The notes beneath the pieces were generated by a model, which was not told where the DNA came from, made no database searches, and worked only from the letters and a program-made list of their open reading frames with translations. A stretch of 64,000 nt of DNA from positions 19,202 through 83,201 of IMG/VR virus record IMGVR_UViG_3300046499_000680; one strand, written 5' to 3'. The translations under genes were made by a program, and so were the position numbers. Shown here piece by piece: positions 36,974 to 46,070 of the stretch (its first letter is position 1; each line of letters begins with the position of its first letter). Source of the stretch: a virus.

Positions 36974-37005
36974 GTAGTGACCCTAGAACATCCGTCTACG
37001 CGCAC

Positions 37006-37033
37006 TTGCGCGCGGGGGGAGTAGGTTTAACAT
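37006..37033 (+). promoter_or_regulatory. Host sigmaA-type promoter candidate
   Basis: TTGCGC-16 nt-TAACAT upstream of the first rightward gene. Confidence 0.35.
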
Positions 37034-37066
37034 GGGGTCATGGTCACTTCTACGAAAGGTGCTGAC

Positions 37067-37273
37067 ATGGTTTCCAAGAGGCAGCTACTCCAAGAGCTTC
37101 AGCGGCGGATTGACGCCGCCCGCGATGCCGCCGACTGGCGCATGGCCGAGCTTTACACCTGCACCGCGCTGAGGATTCAGCGCGCGCCGAACCTTGCGGT
37201 AGCGGGCCAGACGGCCCGCGAAGTCGCCGCCACCGATGCCCGAATCAGCCTCACGGATCGGATCGGCCGATGA
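37067..37273 (+). CDS. Small hypothetical early protein
   Basis: GAAAGGTG RBS; ATGA overlap with the next gene. Confidence 0.6.
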   Translation: MVSKRQLLQELQRRIDAARDAADWRMAELYTCTALRIQRAPNLAVAGQTAREVAATDARISLTDRIGR

Positions 37274-38346
37274 TCTCCGCAAGCAAAGCTGAGGCCCAAG
37301 CGGCCAAGGATGGCGCCAAGGCTGGCGCCCAGCAGCGGGACCGGGAACTAGACGAGGCCGCCGCCCAGCATGAGGCGGTACGGCTCGCCGAAGTCTCCGG
37401 GCACGCCGCTACGTGGACCCGCTCCTACAGGGCGGGCACCACTGAGGATGGCAAATCTGACCGGCGCACCGTCACTATGCGGGAGACCGCAAGGCGGGAA
37501 GCCGACGCCGCCACCCTGCTAGCCCTCACGGGCGAAGCGGTCCGCCTAGCAGCGGGTCGCCTACGGGGTAGGCACGGCATACCTGAGCTATCGGGTGACG
37601 AGCGCGCGGACCTGCGGTCCGCCCTAGTCACCAAGCTGCTCAGTGAGTGCGAGCCGGGCAAGTTGCCCGACCGCAACAAGCTGACCCGCGCCTACCTGGT
37701 GAAGCGCGCTGAGGGTCTGGTCCTCAACGACCCCGACCGCAAGCGCGCCGATGCCAGTGACGACGGCATGTCCCCCGAAGACATCGCCGCCGCCGCTGAG
37801 AGCAAGGCCCGCGATCGGCACGACCGCCACGATCCGATGCTGAACCGTGGCGTTGACGGCACCTGGCCCGAAGTAGAGGCCGGCTGTGCCGCCCTCGCCG
37901 ACGCGGGCGAAGCGATCAGCCAGAAGGCAGCCCGGACGGCCGCCTACCTGGTCGCGGGCGGGTCGGTCAGGAACGACTGGTCCGACGCATGGGGGACCAG
38001 CGAGGGCTACGCCGCTACGCGGCTAGTGCCAGAGGGCGCGGCCCAACTGCGCGACGCACTGAGCGCGCTAACCGATTCCCCTCTCTACCTAGCCATAGAA
38101 GCAGCCCGCCTCCAGGACACGGACACGCTGGATCACCTGGAGGCTGCTCGCCGATGGCTCGCAGCGGGACTGAGCGAGTCGCCGGACCGAGCGCGCGCCC
38201 TGGTCGAACGCAGATGGCGGACCGAGCTTCCGCCCGACGAGCATGCGCCAGTGCAAAGCCGGACCGACAAACGGATCATCGTCACCTCGGATCGGTCGCG
38301 CGCTGTCGCCGCCGAGCGAGGCGGTTGGACCAGCCGTCCCAGCTAG
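37270..38346 (+). CDS. Hypothetical protein, possibly a diverged sigma-factor-like regulator
   Basis: 358 aa helical; DERADLRSALVTKLL...RAYLVKRAEGLVLND (region-2-like); ISQKAART...WSDAWGTSEGYAATRL (HTH-like); atypical codon usage. Confidence 0.5.
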   Translation: MISASKAEAQAAKDGAKAGAQQRDRELDEAAAQHEAVRLAEVSGHAATWTRSYRAGTTEDGKSDRRTVTMRETARREADAATLLALTGEAVRLAAGRLRGRHGIPELSGDERADLRSALVTKLLSECEPGKLPDRNKLTRAYLVKRAEGLVLNDPDRKRADASDDGMSPEDIAAAAESKARDRHDRHDPMLNRGVDGTWPEVEAGCAALADAGEAISQKAARTAAYLVAGGSVRNDWSDAWGTSEGYAATRLVPEGAAQLRDALSALTDSPLYLAIEAARLQDTDTLDHLEAARRWLAAGLSESPDRARALVERRWRTELPPDEHAPVQSRTDKRIIVTSDRSRAVAAERGGWTSRPS

Positions 38347-38749
38347 TAGGTGGCAAGCGGGATCGTCCAAGATCGGACGGTCCCGGCCACCCCCCCCTTT
38401 CTCACGCCTGGCCGCCCGGCGCTCGAAACGAGTACAACAGACACCCACGCTCAGTACCCCCAAAAAATTCGGCTCTGGAAGTGGGATTGCGGGGAATCCC
38501 CGGAAATCGACCCTCCACCTCCCCAGCCTGACCCCCTCCAGACCCCCTGGTAACCCTCCGATATGCCCCGGAAAGGGTCCCATCCCGAGGGGGAGAGGGC
38601 CTAGACCCCCCTGGAACCCCTCAGAAGGGACGAGAAGACGGCTACGCCGGAAGTAGCGAGCAATTTCCGACGAAAATGTCGCCGTAAGCGTCGCAAGGTC
38701 TGGTAGGGTCCCGCCTCGGCCCAGATCAGCGACGACCAGGAGGCTCCAG

Positions 38750-39088
38750 ATGGCGAAAGCAGGACCAGCCCGCGCAGCGGGCAGACTCGCTCCCCCGGCG
38801 ACCGGCCGGGTGGTCCCGAGGCAGCGGACGGTCAGGATCGAGACCAGGAGCGGCACCGTCCGCACCAAGAAGGGCGCCGACACGCCGTCGGTCGAGCTGG
38901 AGCTGGGCGGGAGCGAGCGGCTGCTGGACTTCGTGATCGGCGCCGAGGGCGGGCCGGGGCTGCTGGCCTCGATCGAGGCGCGGGTCGCGTTCGAGAAGCG
39001 GAAGACGATCGACTGGAGCTGGGAGGCGACGGTCGAGGTCGAACTGCCGGGCCTGAAACCCGCCCGCCGCCGCAAGGCGGCCTCCTGA
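38750..39088 (+). CDS. Hypothetical protein
   Basis: AGGAGG RBS; TGATG coupling. Confidence 0.7.
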   Translation: MAKAGPARAAGRLAPPATGRVVPRQRTVRIETRSGTVRTKKGADTPSVELELGGSERLLDFVIGAEGGPGLLASIEARVAFEKRKTIDWSWEATVEVELPGLKPARRRKAAS

Positions 39089-39561
39089 TGCCGGAGGCGC
39101 GCTCGATCCTGTTCATCCCCGACGCCGACACTGACGACGCCGCCAGCATCGAGCTAGCCAAGGTGGACATCGCGGTCGCCGGGAATCGCGGCGTCATCAA
39201 GGACCGCCACGGCGACGCCGACCAGGTGCTGCTGGCGCTGCGGGCCGGGCTGGCGGCCCGCGACCTCTCCTCGGAGCCGGAGGCGCCGACCCTGCTCGGC
39301 GTCCCCCTGACCGAGATCGCGGCGCTGACGATCGACGGCGCCCACTGGTTCGAGGTCTTCGGCCCGACCCTCCAGCTCTCGGCCCCCTCCGGCGGCCCGG
39401 TGCTGCGGTTCCGCATCGCCCAGACGCCCGGCGGGAAGAAGGGCAGGTTCGGGGTCTCCCAGGGCGACACGATCGCGGTGCGCGAGATCGCCGTTCGCGG
39501 CGTCCAGCGCAAAGGCGGCGAGCCGCTGACGCCCGATCCTCGCGATCCGGGGCAGCGCTGA
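39088..39561 (+). CDS. Hypothetical protein
   Basis: TGATG coupling. Confidence 0.7.
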   Translation: MPEARSILFIPDADTDDAASIELAKVDIAVAGNRGVIKDRHGDADQVLLALRAGLAARDLSSEPEAPTLLGVPLTEIAALTIDGAHWFEVFGPTLQLSAPSGGPVLRFRIAQTPGGKKGRFGVSQGDTIAVREIAVRGVQRKGGEPLTPDPRDPGQR

Positions 39562-39941
39562 TGGCGACCACCTGGGATCAGCTCCTGGGCGAGTCGGCGC
39601 TGCTGGTCCGACTGGGCCAGCTCGTCTTCATCTGGTCGAAGGACACCTCGATCGTCAAGGTGGTCCGCGCCGCGCCCAGCGAGGGCGAGGCCGAGCTGTC
39701 GGAGGCGATCGCCACCCTCGACGTGGCCCTGGAAGTCGAGGTCCCGCCGGGCCTCGTCTATGACGGCGACCCGTTCGCCGCCTTCTGCCGGAAGTTCGTC
39801 GGCGCCGAGGGCGGCTCGATCACCGCCGAGGAGGCGGTCAACCTGTTCGCCTGCTTCTCCGGCGGCCAGGTGGACGGCGACCTGCTGAACTCGGTCACGC
39901 CGAAGCTCGAAGCCATCGCCGAGCGGGAACTGGTGGCCTGA
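39561..39941 (+). CDS. Hypothetical protein (FxxFCRKF paralog family)
   Basis: TGATG coupling; motif shared with the 40417 and 45378 genes. Confidence 0.7.
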   Translation: MATTWDQLLGESALLVRLGQLVFIWSKDTSIVKVVRAAPSEGEAELSEAIATLDVALEVEVPPGLVYDGDPFAAFCRKFVGAEGGSITAEEAVNLFACFSGGQVDGDLLNSVTPKLEAIAERELVA

Positions 39942-40420
39942 TGTCGATGATCCGCAGGATCAACCTGCTCGACGGGCCAGAGGGACTGGAGCTGCACAAA
40001 CACGACAACGGGATCATCGTCTACGGGTCCCGGCACGCCAAAGAGCCGGTGCGGGTCGGCATCTTCTCGGCGACCGACGAGCAGTGGGACGGCCTGGTCG
40101 ATCACTTCGTCCACGGCGAGCGGCCGATCCCCCAGCAGCCCCCGGCGCCGGTCACCGAGACCTGGCTGGAGCTGCTGGCGCCGGTCGCGGAGATCGCGAT
40201 GTACCAGGCCGCCACCTGGTGGGGCATCCGCCGCGCCGTTCGCAAGGCGGGCGGGCCGCCGTGGGCCGTCAAGCTCGCGGGTCGCCTCGGCCTGCTGATC
40301 GCGTCCCCGCAGAGCTTCAAGGCCGCCGAGGTCGAGCCGAAGGAGCTGGGCGCCAAGATCGGCCAGAAGCTCACCGACTCGATCATCAGCGACGACGGCG
40401 AGTTCGAGGTGCCGCGATGA
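39941..40420 (+). CDS. Hypothetical protein
   Basis: Coupled overlaps. Confidence 0.7.
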   Translation: MSMIRRINLLDGPEGLELHKHDNGIIVYGSRHAKEPVRVGIFSATDEQWDGLVDHFVHGERPIPQQPPAPVTETWLELLAPVAEIAMYQAATWWGIRRAVRKAGGPPWAVKLAGRLGLLIASPQSFKAAEVEPKELGAKIGQKLTDSIISDDGEFEVPR

Positions 40421-40944
40421 TCGAGGCCCCGACCCCCAACGAAACCGTCCTGGTCGGCGAGGCCGACGGCCACACCCTGCCGCCTGTCCTCGAAGGCCGG
40501 GAGCTGCCGATCACGGCCACCGTCGTCGGCCCGGCCGGTTCCGGCGACGAGCTGTTCGTCGTCACCCTCGCCGAGAAGCACCAGCAGCGCATCCAGGTCC
40601 ACCGCGCCCAGCTCTACCCGCCGACGATGAAGTTTCGGTCGGGCAAAATCAGCCTGGAACTGGTCAAGCAGGCGGCCGTGGTCATCCTCGAACACGACGG
40701 CTCGAACGGCAACGGCCTGGCGATCGACGTGCCGCTCGGCTGGATGCCCGACCTGGAGCAGTTCACCCTCTGGTGCTGCCGCTTCCTGGGGATGGTGATG
40801 GAGGACAAGCCGGTCTTCACCGTCGTCAGTGACCCGACGGCGCGCGGCGACGAGGAGGACTCGTTCTCGGTCGCGCTGACGGGTCCCATCGGCGACATCG
40901 AGCGCGGCACCGTGCTGGCGGCGGTCCCGGAGGCGTCCCCCTGA
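40417..40944 (+). CDS. Hypothetical protein (FxxWCCRF paralog family)
   Basis: GAGGTG RBS; ATGA overlap. Confidence 0.7.
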   Translation: MIEAPTPNETVLVGEADGHTLPPVLEGRELPITATVVGPAGSGDELFVVTLAEKHQQRIQVHRAQLYPPTMKFRSGKISLELVKQAAVVILEHDGSNGNGLAIDVPLGWMPDLEQFTLWCCRFLGMVMEDKPVFTVVSDPTARGDEEDSFSVALTGPIGDIERGTVLAAVPEASP

Positions 40945-41351
40945 TGGCCGACGACCGGAAGGTGGCCGGGTTCTGCCCGGCGTGCGGCCACGGGACCCTG
41001 TTCCTCGCCGAGGAGGGCCACGTCACCTGTTCGTTCGCCGACTGCCTGAATCCGACCGGAGCAGACGAGCTTCTGGAGGGGGGCGACAAGTTTCACGCGG
41101 CCCTGAAACAGATCAACGTCATCCGCAACAGCATCATCGGGCGGCAGACGATGAACATGTCCCTCCACGTCTACCCGCTGGTGCAGGCCCTGGGCGAGGC
41201 CGGGTTCGACGGCATGGACTACGACGATGCCAGGGAGAAGTTCGGCGTGAAGAAGGGGTCGAACAGCGGCTACGAGGCCGAGCGGGTCGCGCTGGAGGCC
41301 GAGGGCCTGTTCTGCGGCTCGCTCGGCAGCAAACCGAGGGAGGGAAGCTGA
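40944..41351 (+). CDS. Zn-ribbon protein
   Basis: FCPACG...VTCSFADC. Confidence 0.7.
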   Translation: MADDRKVAGFCPACGHGTLFLAEEGHVTCSFADCLNPTGADELLEGGDKFHAALKQINVIRNSIIGRQTMNMSLHVYPLVQALGEAGFDGMDYDDAREKFGVKKGSNSGYEAERVALEAEGLFCGSLGSKPREGS

Positions 41352-41683
41352 TGGCCGACTCGATCAACCTGGTCGGCCGCCGGATGTGCGAGGAGTGCGA
41401 CGCCTTCCTCGGCCACGCCCACAAGGACACCTGCTCGAAACGGGGGAGGGTGGTAGAGAACGCCGACGCCACCGAAAAGTTCACCTCCATCGAGCATGCC
41501 GAACGCGAGGAGCCGCTGATCGGCATCGACCGCCAGGGCGCCGAGCTGCTGGTGAAGTGGCTGGGCGAACTCGACCTGGACGACCCGGCGGAGGTCGAGA
41601 AGGTCCAGGCGATGATCGACGGCCTGACCACCTTCATCGCCGCCGCTCGCGAAGTCGAAGACGCGCCGGAGGACCCGAGCTGA
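41351..41683 (+). CDS. Hypothetical protein with Cys/His cluster
   Basis: CEEC...H...C; TGATG overlaps. Confidence 0.65.
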   Translation: MADSINLVGRRMCEECDAFLGHAHKDTCSKRGRVVENADATEKFTSIEHAEREEPLIGIDRQGAELLVKWLGELDLDDPAEVEKVQAMIDGLTTFIAAAREVEDAPEDPS

Positions 41684-42381
41684 TGGCCGAGCGCGAGCGG
41701 CACTTCATCATCAGCGAGGCCGACCTGCGGGAGTTCGCCAGCCAGGGCAGCGCCGCGACGATGACCACGCTGGTCACCCTGTACGGGTTCAGCGTCGATT
41801 CCGAGGGCGCCGAGGCGATCGGCCAGGGCCAGGGTGACTTTTTCCAGCAGATGGCGGGCTGGATGAACGACCGGGAGATCGGCAAGGGGGTCGAGCTTCT
41901 TCCCGACGCCGACGCACTTCTCCCACCCGCCCTGAGAAAGGTCGCAGTGGACTCTCTATACGCGGCCCGCGAAGACAACAAGGTCATGGACCAGGCCGCG
42001 ATCATCGTCGCCATCAACGTGCTGCGCGGCGCCGATCTCGCCGAGGTCATCCGAGAGGTGGCGATCCCCAGCCTGCGGTACTGCGAGGAGAAGTACGGCC
42101 ATGACGACCAGGCCCGGCTCAACCTCGAAGCGGCGATCGGCGAACGGGACGGCGAAGTCGCCCTGCCCGGCCCCGAGGAGTCGATCCGCAACCAGATCAT
42201 CGGCTACCTCCGTGGCCGCGCCGCCGCCGACCAGGCCGAGGCGCTGGAGGTCGAGAACGGCAACGACGCCAACCGCCTGCTCGCCAACGTCGCGATCTTC
42301 GAGTCGGCCGCCGATGCGTTGGCCGCGACGGAAAAGCCTAACCCTGATCCGGCAACTGGAGTAGGAGGAACTGACGCATGA
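41683..42381 (+). CDS. Hypothetical protein
   Basis: GGAGG RBS; overlaps. Confidence 0.7.
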   Translation: MAERERHFIISEADLREFASQGSAATMTTLVTLYGFSVDSEGAEAIGQGQGDFFQQMAGWMNDREIGKGVELLPDADALLPPALRKVAVDSLYAAREDNKVMDQAAIIVAINVLRGADLAEVIREVAIPSLRYCEEKYGHDDQARLNLEAAIGERDGEVALPGPEESIRNQIIGYLRGRAAADQAEALEVENGNDANRLLANVAIFESAADALAATEKPNPDPATGVGGTDA

Positions 42382-42872
42382 CCCGACGCGAAGCTCTTGA
42401 TCTGATCGCCGACCAGGCGGCTGCCCGCTACGACTCGGTGGACTGGGCCGTCGCCGTCGCCACCGCGATCGACGGAACCGACCAGGACGCCGCCACCCGC
42501 GAGAAGGTGGTCGAGGCCGTCGGCGTGCTGCTCTCGATGCCCGTGGGTGAGCGCCGCTCGATCGGCGACGCCGTGCTGGCGCCCGCGACCGCCGGGGTCC
42601 CCGCCGACACCGGCTCGCTGGTGCTGCTGACGACCGGCCACAGCAAAGTCATCAACCTGGCGCCGGAGGAGTTGGCCGAGAAGATTCAGGACAAGATCGA
42701 GGAGGGCGGGATGCTGCGGATCGCGAGCAGCGAAGACAACACCTGGATCGGCTTCATCAACCCGCTGGAGGTGTCGGGCATCCTCCCCCACCGTGTCACG
42801 CGGCTTGGGGGCGATTCCGCCGGGGAGCCGATCGTCGTCGCCGACGAGGCCGATGCCGGAGGTGCGTCCTGA
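42378..42872 (+). CDS. Hypothetical protein
   Basis: AGGAGG RBS; ATGA overlap. Confidence 0.7.
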   Translation: MTRREALDLIADQAAARYDSVDWAVAVATAIDGTDQDAATREKVVEAVGVLLSMPVGERRSIGDAVLAPATAGVPADTGSLVLLTTGHSKVINLAPEELAEKIQDKIEEGGMLRIASSEDNTWIGFINPLEVSGILPHRVTRLGGDSAGEPIVVADEADAGGAS

Positions 42873-43228
42873 TGGACCCACAGTCGAAGATGCTGGCGGC
42901 CCTCAACCGCCTGACCAAATGGAGGACGGTCTTCACCGGCTGGCAGCTCGGCTCCCGTGCAAAGGGCGACCCCGAGGGCGATGCCGTTCGTGACCACCGC
43001 GAGGTGACGATGATCGTCCGCGCCGAGGTGACTGCACTCGTCGGTCTGCTGGTCGAGAAAGGTGTCATCACTATCGAGGAGTTCCAGGAGGCGGTCGCGA
43101 AAGAGGCCGACCTGCTCAGCGAGGACTTCGCCCGGCGGTTTCCCGGCATCAAGGCCACCGACGAGGGAATCGAAATGAACGCCGCCGAGCTGGCCCGCCA
43201 CGGCACGATGGAGGGGTGGAAGCCGTAA
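42872..43228 (+). CDS. Hypothetical protein
   Basis: GGAGGT RBS; LLVEKGVITIEEF motif. Confidence 0.72.
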   Translation: MDPQSKMLAALNRLTKWRTVFTGWQLGSRAKGDPEGDAVRDHREVTMIVRAEVTALVGLLVEKGVITIEEFQEAVAKEADLLSEDFARRFPGIKATDEGIEMNAAELARHGTMEGWKP

Positions 43229-43557
43229 TGCTCGGCAGGACCGTCAGCGGGCCTTACTACGACCTGCGGATCGCGCTGCCCGACACCCTCGCGCGGCTCG
43301 ACAACGTGGAGGGCCTGATCTCGATCAACATGGAACCGCCCGCGTCGGGGCCGGAGATCGAGCTGACGATCGGCACGATTGATGGCGTCGAACGCACCGA
43401 GGAGTACGTGCGTCGTCAGGTCGAGATCGTCACCAAGTCCTCGATCCTCGCCTCCCGCCGCCGCGACAGTGACCCCGCCGACGGCTTCGAGCTGGAGGAC
43501 CCAGGCTGGTTCTCTCGCACCAAACTCGGCCGCGCGCTCGGGCTGGGTGAGAATTGA
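43228..43557 (+). CDS. Hypothetical protein
   Basis: TAATG overlap. Confidence 0.65.
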   Translation: MLGRTVSGPYYDLRIALPDTLARLDNVEGLISINMEPPASGPEIELTIGTIDGVERTEEYVRRQVEIVTKSSILASRRRDSDPADGFELEDPGWFSRTKLGRALGLGEN

Positions 43558-43781
43558 TGGGCGACCTCCTCAAATACCTCGATCGCATCCCGGACGGCTA
43601 CCGGATCGAGGAGACCGACGAACGGGTGCAGTCGCTGGGCACTCGTTACCTGCGCTCGCGCGCGGAGGCATGGGCGCGGCGCTATGCACCGGAGACCCCC
43701 AGCTATCACCTCCGTGTCGAGAAGGTCGGCTTTCTGCTCTACGAGATCGTCGTCTACCAGAACAAGCTGGTGAAAATCTGA
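43557..43781 (+). CDS. Hypothetical protein
   Basis: TGATG overlaps. Confidence 0.62.
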   Translation: MGDLLKYLDRIPDGYRIEETDERVQSLGTRYLRSRAEAWARRYAPETPSYHLRVEKVGFLLYEIVVYQNKLVKI

Positions 43782-44284
43782 TGGCGATCACCCACGGCCG
43801 ACACACCCTTGTCCCCGAGGACGTGAGCTGCCACATCGACCTGGTGTTCGGTCACTTCTGTTCGATCGCGTCGGGCCTGACCGTCGTTTCCGGCCAGCAC
43901 CCCGGCGTCGATTACCGGGCGGCGGTCTCGAACTTCCCCTTCGCCGAGCATGAATGGGGCGAGTACCCGCCGAGCCGGATGGAGGGCCGCGTCGAGGTGT
44001 GTAATGACGTGTGGATCGGGCAGAACGTGACCATCCTCGACGGCCTGACCATCCAGAGCGGCGCGGTGATCGGCGCGGGCGCCGTGGTCACCCGGAGCGT
44101 GCGCCCCTACGCCACGGTCGTCGGCAACCCCGCGCGCGAGACCGGCCGCCGCCGCTTCCAGGACCACCAGGTCCAGCAGCTCCTCCAGGTTGGCTGGTGG
44201 GACTGGACCGACGACGAGATCAAGGCGGCGCTACCGTTGATGGCGCACGTCGGCAACTTCCTGATGAAGCACGGAGCGCGCTGA
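43781..44284 (+). CDS. Hexapeptide-repeat O-acetyltransferase (CatB/Vat-like fold)
   Basis: FCSIA, NDVWIG, GAVIGAGAVVTRSV.PYATVVGNPAR, RF, WWDW. Confidence 0.88.
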   Translation: MAITHGRHTLVPEDVSCHIDLVFGHFCSIASGLTVVSGQHPGVDYRAAVSNFPFAEHEWGEYPPSRMEGRVEVCNDVWIGQNVTILDGLTIQSGAVIGAGAVVTRSVRPYATVVGNPARETGRRRFQDHQVQQLLQVGWWDWTDDEIKAALPLMAHVGNFLMKHGAR

Positions 44285-45051
44285 TGGCCGTTCCCCAGCC
44301 AGGCATCTGCACCCGCTGCAAACACCCCCAGGCTCTGCACCCGGCCGACCGGAGCCGCCGCTGTATTTCGCCGCTGTGCGAGTGCGAGGGGTTCGAGGGC
44401 GAGGAAATCAAGTCCACCCTCGATATGCAGGTCGGCGGCCACGCGCCCCTGGAGACCGACGACCCGCTCGTCGTCCTCGTCTACGTGCTGCTGCGCGACC
44501 ACATCCAGGCCGGGGTGTTCGAGCGGCTAGTCGCCGAAATGGTCGCGGCGCCGGTCGCCCTCACCAACGCCTTCCTCGGCGGCTATGCGATCAACATCGC
44601 CGAGCGGATGCGGCTGCTGAACCCACCCGCCGCCGCCTTCGTGCTGACGACGACCGAGCGGGAGGCGATCGAGGACTGCATATCGGTCGCGGGCCGGATG
44701 GCGAGCAGCTACGAGTGCTACGGCGGCGTCGAGCTGCCCGGCGCGATCCAGGGCGCCCAGGATGCGCTGACCCGGATGGACCAGGAGCTGCCGCTGCCCG
44801 TCGATCCGCCCGAGGACCCAGAACAGGTTCGGCTGAAGCTGGCCGATCTGCTCGTCGCGGGCCGGACCGACCTGCTGAAGAAGATCGCGATCGAGACCCG
44901 CGAGCCTGCGCGCGAAGTGCTGATGCAGGCCGACGAACTGCTCCAGTCGATCTTTGACGCCTTCTGCCCGGAGCGGTGGAAAGAGGAGCTGGCCGAGTGG
45001 GATCGGCGCCACGGGGATACCCCCAAACCTGCAACGGGAGTCGAGGGATAA
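44284..45051 (+). CDS. Hypothetical protein with N-terminal Cys/His zinc-binding motif
   Basis: CTRCKH...H...C...CEC. Confidence 0.68.
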   Translation: MAVPQPGICTRCKHPQALHPADRSRRCISPLCECEGFEGEEIKSTLDMQVGGHAPLETDDPLVVLVYVLLRDHIQAGVFERLVAEMVAAPVALTNAFLGGYAINIAERMRLLNPPAAAFVLTTTEREAIEDCISVAGRMASSYECYGGVELPGAIQGAQDALTRMDQELPLPVDPPEDPEQVRLKLADLLVAGRTDLLKKIAIETREPAREVLMQADELLQSIFDAFCPERWKEELAEWDRRHGDTPKPATGVEG

Positions 45052-45375
45052 ATGACCATCCGAGATGCCGCCATCGCCAAGCTCCGGGGGATCGCCCACG
45101 ATCCCGACGGGAAACTGTCGATCCCGAAAGTCATCCGCCACGCCTTCCAGACGGCGGCGATGCTCCGCGACGAGGGCATGTCGATCGAAGTCGAGACCGC
45201 GATCGAGGTCCTGCTGGAGGAGACCCCGAAGTGCAGCTCGGCGCCCCCTGCCGTCGGCTACCTTCGAGGCAGGGCGCAGGCGAAGCGCGACGAGGCCCCG
45301 AACTCGCCGAAACCCAACGAGCTGACCGACGAGGCGGACGTGCTGGAGCGCGCCGCCGCGATCTTGGAGGACTGA
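45052..45375 (+). CDS. Hypothetical protein
   Basis: Tiles the operon. Confidence 0.65.
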   Translation: MTIRDAAIAKLRGIAHDPDGKLSIPKVIRHAFQTAAMLRDEGMSIEVETAIEVLLEETPKCSSAPPAVGYLRGRAQAKRDEAPNSPKPNELTDEADVLERAAAILED

Positions 45376-45377
45376 CC

Positions 45378-45863
45378 GTGCCGAAAGCTGTTGTCATCGG
45401 AATCTGCGTCGTCGTCATCTTGGTCGCGATCGGCGTCATCTGGAAGCGCGAGGGCGAGGCCCGGCGCCGCCGAATCCGGGAGGAGGCCGCGCTGGATGGT
45501 CGGCCCCCCGCCGAGCTGATCTGCAAGTTCGGCAACTTCCGGTTCAAGTGGCCGTACGGTCAGTCCACGATCGACATCTACCTGATCCTCGAAATGGGCA
45601 TCCCCGACAGGTTGATGGGGCACCTGGAGACTGTGACCCCCGAGGGTGAATTCATCGACTACCACTGGGAGCCGTTCAACACCTGGTGCAGGAGGTTCGT
45701 CGCCGAAATGGGGCGGGCCAAGCTGCCGTCCGACCTACCCGCGTGTCGAGAGTGCGGTAATCAGATCGGCGAGTTGCACACCCTGGAATGTCCAAACAGC
45801 GGTATCGGTCCTCACGACCACCCGCCGAAGAAGCCGCGAGTCGTGGAAACGAGGGAGACCTGA
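45378..45863 (+). CDS. Membrane-anchored protein (FxxWCRRF paralog family) with Cys/His tail
   Basis: GGAGG RBS; N-terminal TM; CREC...H...C. Confidence 0.68.
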   Translation: MPKAVVIGICVVVILVAIGVIWKREGEARRRRIREEAALDGRPPAELICKFGNFRFKWPYGQSTIDIYLILEMGIPDRLMGHLETVTPEGEFIDYHWEPFNTWCRRFVAEMGRAKLPSDLPACRECGNQIGELHTLECPNSGIGPHDHPPKKPRVVETRET

Positions 45864-46069
45864 TGACCGTCGCTGAGTGGCCCACCGTCGAGGAGGTCTC
45901 GGCCTGCGAGAACGTCGAAACCTGCCTGCGCTGGAACCGCTTTCTGCCGAGGCCGGAGAACGACGAGCATGTCGCGATCATCAACGCCGTCGTCCGGCGG
46001 CTCGGCATCCTCCGCTCGCGCGACAACGATGCCTATGTCCGTGCCTCGAAGTCGCTGGGATGGGACTGA
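45863..46069 (+). CDS. Small hypothetical protein
   Basis: TGATG overlap; LRWNRFLPRP motif. Confidence 0.65.
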   Translation: MTVAEWPTVEEVSACENVETCLRWNRFLPRPENDEHVAIINAVVRRLGILRSRDNDAYVRASKSLGWD

Positions 46070-46070
46070 C

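Noticed and set aside
43781-44284. Bona fide antibiotic-resistance gene (catB/vat)
   Set aside because: The fold is shared with many sugar acetyltransferases and the substrate cannot be read from sequence
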